The notes beneath the pieces are model-generated. The model searched no databases. It was not told the DNA's origin and was given only the letters and a program-made list of their open reading frames with translations. Made by a program: the position numbers and the translations under genes. DNA of 64,000 nt from Planctomycetota bacterium (GTDB lineage: Bacteria > Planctomycetota > UBA1135 > UBA2386): assembly GCA_046290465.1 (NCBI GenBank), contig JBKAGP010000001.1:5312001-5376000 (forward strand), in the 5' to 3' direction. Shown piece by piece: positions 60,338 through 64,000 of the stretch; position 1 is the first letter of the stretch; every line of letters starts with the position of its first letter.

Positions 60338-63300
60338 ATGACCCGCTCGCACGAGAACCGATGCTTCCGCCGCTTCCAGCAGACGCGAGATCCGCGCCTG
60401 CTCGGCAAGGTGTTCGACGCGACCGCGCCAGAACTGCTGCGCGTCGCGGGACACCTGAGCAACGGCGATCGCGAGCTGACGCAGGACGCGCTGCAGGCGA
60501 CGTTCCTGACCGCGATCGAGCAGGCCGACCGCTACGACGCCGAGCGCGACGTGCGGCCGTGGCTGCTCGGGATCCTGGCCAACCACGTCCGGAAGGAACG
60601 CCGAACCGCTGACAAGGGGCGGGGCGTGGACGTGGCCGAGGTCGGGCTCGCGGCGGGGGACTCGCCGGTCGCCGAGGTGCAGCGGGCCGAGTTCGGCACC
60701 GCGGCGCGCACGGCGATGAAGCGGCTGCCGTCGCCGTTCCGGGAGGCGATCGTGCTGCACCTGCAGCACGGCCTGACCGCGAACGAGATCGGCGAGGCGC
60801 TCGGCCGTCCTGCGGGAACCGTTCGGACCCAGCTGGTGCGCGGCATGGAGAGGCTGCGCACGCTGTTGCCCGCGGGGTTCACCGCGGCGGCGCTCGGCAT
60901 GGTGCTGACGCCGGGTCCGATCCTGGCGGCGGTGCGGGCCAACGTGCTCGCGTCGCTGCCGGCGGTGGCCACTGCGGGCGGGGCGTCGTCGCTGGTTCTC
61001 TCGGGATGGAGGCTCTACGCGATGACGGCTGCGGTGATGACGTTGGTTCTTTCGTATCTGTTGGCGGTGCTGTCGGCGGATCCGCCGGCGGTGCCCGGCG
61101 AGGTGGCGCGGGCACAGGACGGCGTGCCGGTGGCGGCACGTGCCGCGGTCGCGAGCGAACGCGAACTCGTCGAAGGTCGCGGACCGGCGGCGGCGGAGCA
61201 GCCCGAGCAACAGCGGCCTGCCGCCGGCGAGGACCTGCAGCGCGTCGCGCTCAAGCTGGTCTACCACGACGGCAAGCCGGCCGCGTTCGCGCAGGTGGCG
61301 CTGCGCGTCAACGGCATGATGAAGCGCTGGGACGCCGACGCGCGCGGCCGCATCGAACTCAACCTGCCGTGGCCGGGCTTCTACAACCTGTTCGTCGTCG
61401 GCACCCACATCCAGAAGCCGTTGATCTGGTTCGACGGCCTGCGGCGGCCGCGCGTGGTCAAGGAACGCATCGTGCTCGAAGCGGGCATGACGCTCGACCT
61501 GCGGGTCGTCGACGAGCAGGGCGACCCGGTGCCGGGCGCGCACGTCGAGAGTTCGCACGGCTTCGCGTTCGAGGGCACGATGCTGACCACGGTCGGCCGC
61601 GCCGACGGGCAGGGGCGCTACGTGCACGACCACGTCGGCACGCGCGGGCAGCTGCGGGTCTGGGCGGACGGCTTCCTGCCGAGTCGCATCGTCGACGCCA
61701 ACGGCAAGGTCGGCGAACGCTGCGAGCGCACGATCACGCTGCGGTCCGGTGCGCACGCGGCGCGCGGCGTCGTGGTCGACGAGGCCGGACGGGTCCTGGC
61801 CGGCGCGCGACTGGCGCTGGTGCAGCTCGGCGCGCTGCCCGACGAACCGCTGATGTTCGCCGCCGACGCCGCGGGGGCGTTCCGGCTGGCGACGCTGCGC
61901 ACCGGCCGCCACGCGCTGGTCGGCGTGCACGACGACGGCACGTTGCGCCGCGGGCTGGTCCGGTTCGAGCACCACGGCAAGGGCGACGTCGACGTCGAGC
62001 TGGTGCTGTCGCGCGGCGCGCGGGTCGTCGGCAGGCTGGTCGACGCCAACGGGGTCGCGCTCGCCGGCACCAACGTGGTGGCGCGCGATCGCCCCGAGGC
62101 GATCCGCAAGCTGCCGTTCCTCGAGACCTGGACGCGAACGCAGCGAGACGGGACGTTCGTGCTGTCGTCGCTGGTGCCCGGCGGCTACGAGCTCGAGAGC
62201 GAGCACGTGCCGTCGCAGCTGGTGACGCTGCGCGAGGGCGAGGAGTATCGCTGGGACGCGGCGCGCGTGGGGCTCGAGACGATCTCGCTGCGGCTGCTCG
62301 ACGCGCTCGGCAACCCGCTGGAAGGCTGGATGGTGCACGAGCTGTATCCGGACAGCGATGCGCCGTCGCGGGGCACGATCACCGGTGCCGACGGCCGCTT
62401 CCACGAGCACCACTCGGGCTGGCAGCACCCGGCCGGCACGTTCCGTCGCTACGCGCTGCACCGCCCGCTGGGCAGGAGCGAGGAGAAGTGGCGCGACCAC
62501 AGCCGACTGCCCAACTACCTGACGCCGCCGCTGCGCGTCGGGGTCGAGCACGAGATCCGCGTGCCGGACGCGGCGCGCACGGTGCACGTCGTCACCGGCG
62601 AGGTCGTCGACGCCAACGGCGTCGGGGTCGGCGGCGCCAAGGTGTCGTTCTACTCGGGCTACGGCAACGTGGTCTCGGTCGCGGTCGAGACCGGCGCGGA
62701 CGGCACGTTCCGCCGTGAGGGCATGCCGCCGGGTCGCTACCGGGTCGCGGTGCAGGCGGCCGGCAAGCCGTGGCGTTCGTTCCGCAACCTGGACGTGCGC
62801 GGTGCTGCGACCTGCTCGCTCGGTCGGCTCGAGGTCGGGGACGTCGGCGTGATCGTGGTCGACGTCACCGGTGCTGGCGGCGACGACGGGCTGCGTCTGC
62901 GGCTCGTCGACGAGCGCGGCGACACCCACCGTCTGCGCCGCCAACAGGACGGCACGTGGCGGTCGCGCAGCCTGTTCTTCGGCGACTACGAACTGCAGGG
63001 CTGGAGCGGCACGCTGTGGTTGGCGCCGTCGGCGATCTCGCTGCGCCGGTCGGAGCAGCGCGCCGAGGCGGTGTTCGTCGCGCACCGCGCCTCGACGATC
63101 GAGGTCGAGCTGCCGCACGACCATCCGCGCAACAGCAGCGCCTGGATCGCCGACCTGGTCGCGACGCGCGGCGGCAAGCGGGTGTTCGACCTGCGCGTCC
63201 GGCACCGCTTCCGCGGCGTCTACCGGCAGCGCTTCACGATCGAAGTGCCGCTGCCGCCCGGGCAGCTGCAGCTGGAGTTCGAGGGATGGCTCGGGCGCAA

Positions 63301-63364
63301 GGGCCGCGCGACGGTGACGGTGCCGCCGACCGGGGGCGGGCGATTCGCGGTGCGGATCGAGTGA
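60338..63364 (+). CDS. ECF sigma-70 factor fused via TM segments to carboxypeptidase-regulatory-like repeats
   Basis: Sigma2 QDALQATFL...RPWLLGILAN; sigma4 LPSPFREAIVLH...EIGEALGRPAGTVRTQL; hydrophobic segments; repeated VVDxxGxPVxGA...DGxF units. Confidence 0.9.
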   Translation: MTRSHENRCFRRFQQTRDPRLLGKVFDATAPELLRVAGHLSNGDRELTQDALQATFLTAIEQADRYDAERDVRPWLLGILANHVRKERRTADKGRGVDVAEVGLAAGDSPVAEVQRAEFGTAARTAMKRLPSPFREAIVLHLQHGLTANEIGEALGRPAGTVRTQLVRGMERLRTLLPAGFTAAALGMVLTPGPILAAVRANVLASLPAVATAGGASSLVLSGWRLYAMTAAVMTLVLSYLLAVLSADPPAVPGEVARAQDGVPVAARAAVASERELVEGRGPAAAEQPEQQRPAAGEDLQRVALKLVYHDGKPAAFAQVALRVNGMMKRWDADARGRIELNLPWPGFYNLFVVGTHIQKPLIWFDGLRRPRVVKERIVLEAGMTLDLRVVDEQGDPVPGAHVESSHGFAFEGTMLTTVGRADGQGRYVHDHVGTRGQLRVWADGFLPSRIVDANGKVGERCERTITLRSGAHAARGVVVDEAGRVLAGARLALVQLGALPDEPLMFAADAAGAFRLATLRTGRHALVGVHDDGTLRRGLVRFEHHGKGDVDVELVLSRGARVVGRLVDANGVALAGTNVVARDRPEAIRKLPFLETWTRTQRDGTFVLSSLVPGGYELESEHVPSQLVTLREGEEYRWDAARVGLETISLRLLDALGNPLEGWMVHELYPDSDAPSRGTITGADGRFHEHHSGWQHPAGTFRRYALHRPLGRSEEKWRDHSRLPNYLTPPLRVGVEHEIRVPDAARTVHVVTGEVVDANGVGVGGAKVSFYSGYGNVVSVAVETGADGTFRREGMPPGRYRVAVQAAGKPWRSFRNLDVRGAATCSLGRLEVGDVGVIVVDVTGAGGDDGLRLRLVDERGDTHRLRRQQDGTWRSRSLFFGDYELQGWSGTLWLAPSAISLRRSEQRAEAVFVAHRASTIEVELPHDHPRNSSAWIADLVATRGGKRVFDLRVRHRFRGVYRQRFTIEVPLPPGQLQLEFEGWLGRKGRATVTVPPTGGGRFAVRIE

Positions 63365-63415
63365 AGCCCGGCGCTGCCGGTTCCGGTCGGCGCGTCGATG
63401 GTGTCAGATGGGGCG

Positions 63416-63979
63416 ATGAGCTCCACCGACAAGGCGCTGCAGACGCAGCTCGCGAACATCGAGGCGCGCACCGGGAAGACGCTGAAGCAGCTGTTCGCGG
63501 TGCTCAAGAAGGCCGGGCTCGAGAAGCACGGCGAGATGGTCAAGATGCTCAAGGAGGATCTCGGCATGGGCCACGGCGACGCCAACACGCTGGTGCACAC
63601 GTGGCGCAAGCAGAGCGAGGCGCCGACGGCGGCTGCAGGCGACGACCCGCTCGACGCGATCTACACCGGCAAGAAGGCGGAGCTGCGCCCGCTGCACGAG
63701 GCCGTGATGAAGAAGGTCGAGAAGTTCGGGGCCTTCGAGGTCGCGCCCAAGAAGGGCTACGTCAGCCTGCGCCGCAAGAAGCAGTTCGCGATGGTGGGCC
63801 CGGGCACCAAGGGCCGGCTCGAGATCGGCGTCAACCTGAAGGACGCCGAGGGCGACGAACGGTTCGTCGCGCAGAAGGCCGGCGGCATGTGCCAGTTCAA
63901 GGTGTGGCTGACCGAGACCGGCGAGGTCGACAAGGAACTGGTCGCGTTCCTGAAGCGCGCGTTCGAGGCGGCGGAGTAG
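63416..63979 (+). CDS. DUF4287/DUF5655-like protein
   Basis: NIEARTGK...KHGEMVKMLK...GMGHGDAN; PKKGYVSLRRKKQFA...EVDKELVAFLKRAF. Confidence 0.8.
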   Translation: MSSTDKALQTQLANIEARTGKTLKQLFAVLKKAGLEKHGEMVKMLKEDLGMGHGDANTLVHTWRKQSEAPTAAAGDDPLDAIYTGKKAELRPLHEAVMKKVEKFGAFEVAPKKGYVSLRRKKQFAMVGPGTKGRLEIGVNLKDAEGDERFVAQKAGGMCQFKVWLTETGEVDKELVAFLKRAFEAAE

Positions 63980-64000
63980 CGCTCCTGCCTACGCCAGCAG

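Overview
A very GC-rich (by eye about 70%), gene-dense bacterial window. It is most likely from a Planctomycetota genome, inferred from a TPR-tailed Ser/Thr kinase, an ECF sigma factor with a large extracytoplasmic extension and a LEPRxLL-leader exoprotein. In order it contains: a partial Ser/Thr kinase; a secreted protein; an ArsR-SRPBCC pair with a visible operator; a uracil-DNA glycosylase; a ~23 kb surface-glycan cluster (GT2/GT4 enzymes, four GT-C-like polytopic proteins, wecB, a GMC oxidoreductase-SDR-methyltransferase module, wzm/wzt and a methyltransferase-coiled-coil-GT-GT fusion); and a lipA-E1alpha-E1beta-E2-E1alpha 2-oxoacid dehydrogenase operon with two different alpha subunits. 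Next come two more secreted proteins that share a C-terminal domain with the first, then the most striking locus (41024-53436): an RTX/PKD exoprotein with an N-terminal VEPRILL leader, co-oriented with three HlyD-like adaptors (stand-alone, GAF-fused, and fused to an intact M50 site-2 protease), a degenerate PilZ protein and a hybrid kinase, with no ABC ATPase. This is a candidate protease-coupled, ABC-independent export system. The window ends with bpt, GH15, a CxxCH-bearing carboxypeptidase-regulatory-like protein, a membrane protein pair, an NTF2-like protein, a transmembrane ECF sigma fusion and a DUF4287/DUF5655 protein. No rRNA, tRNA, CRISPR array or mobile element was recognised. All family calls come from reading motifs, not from database searches.
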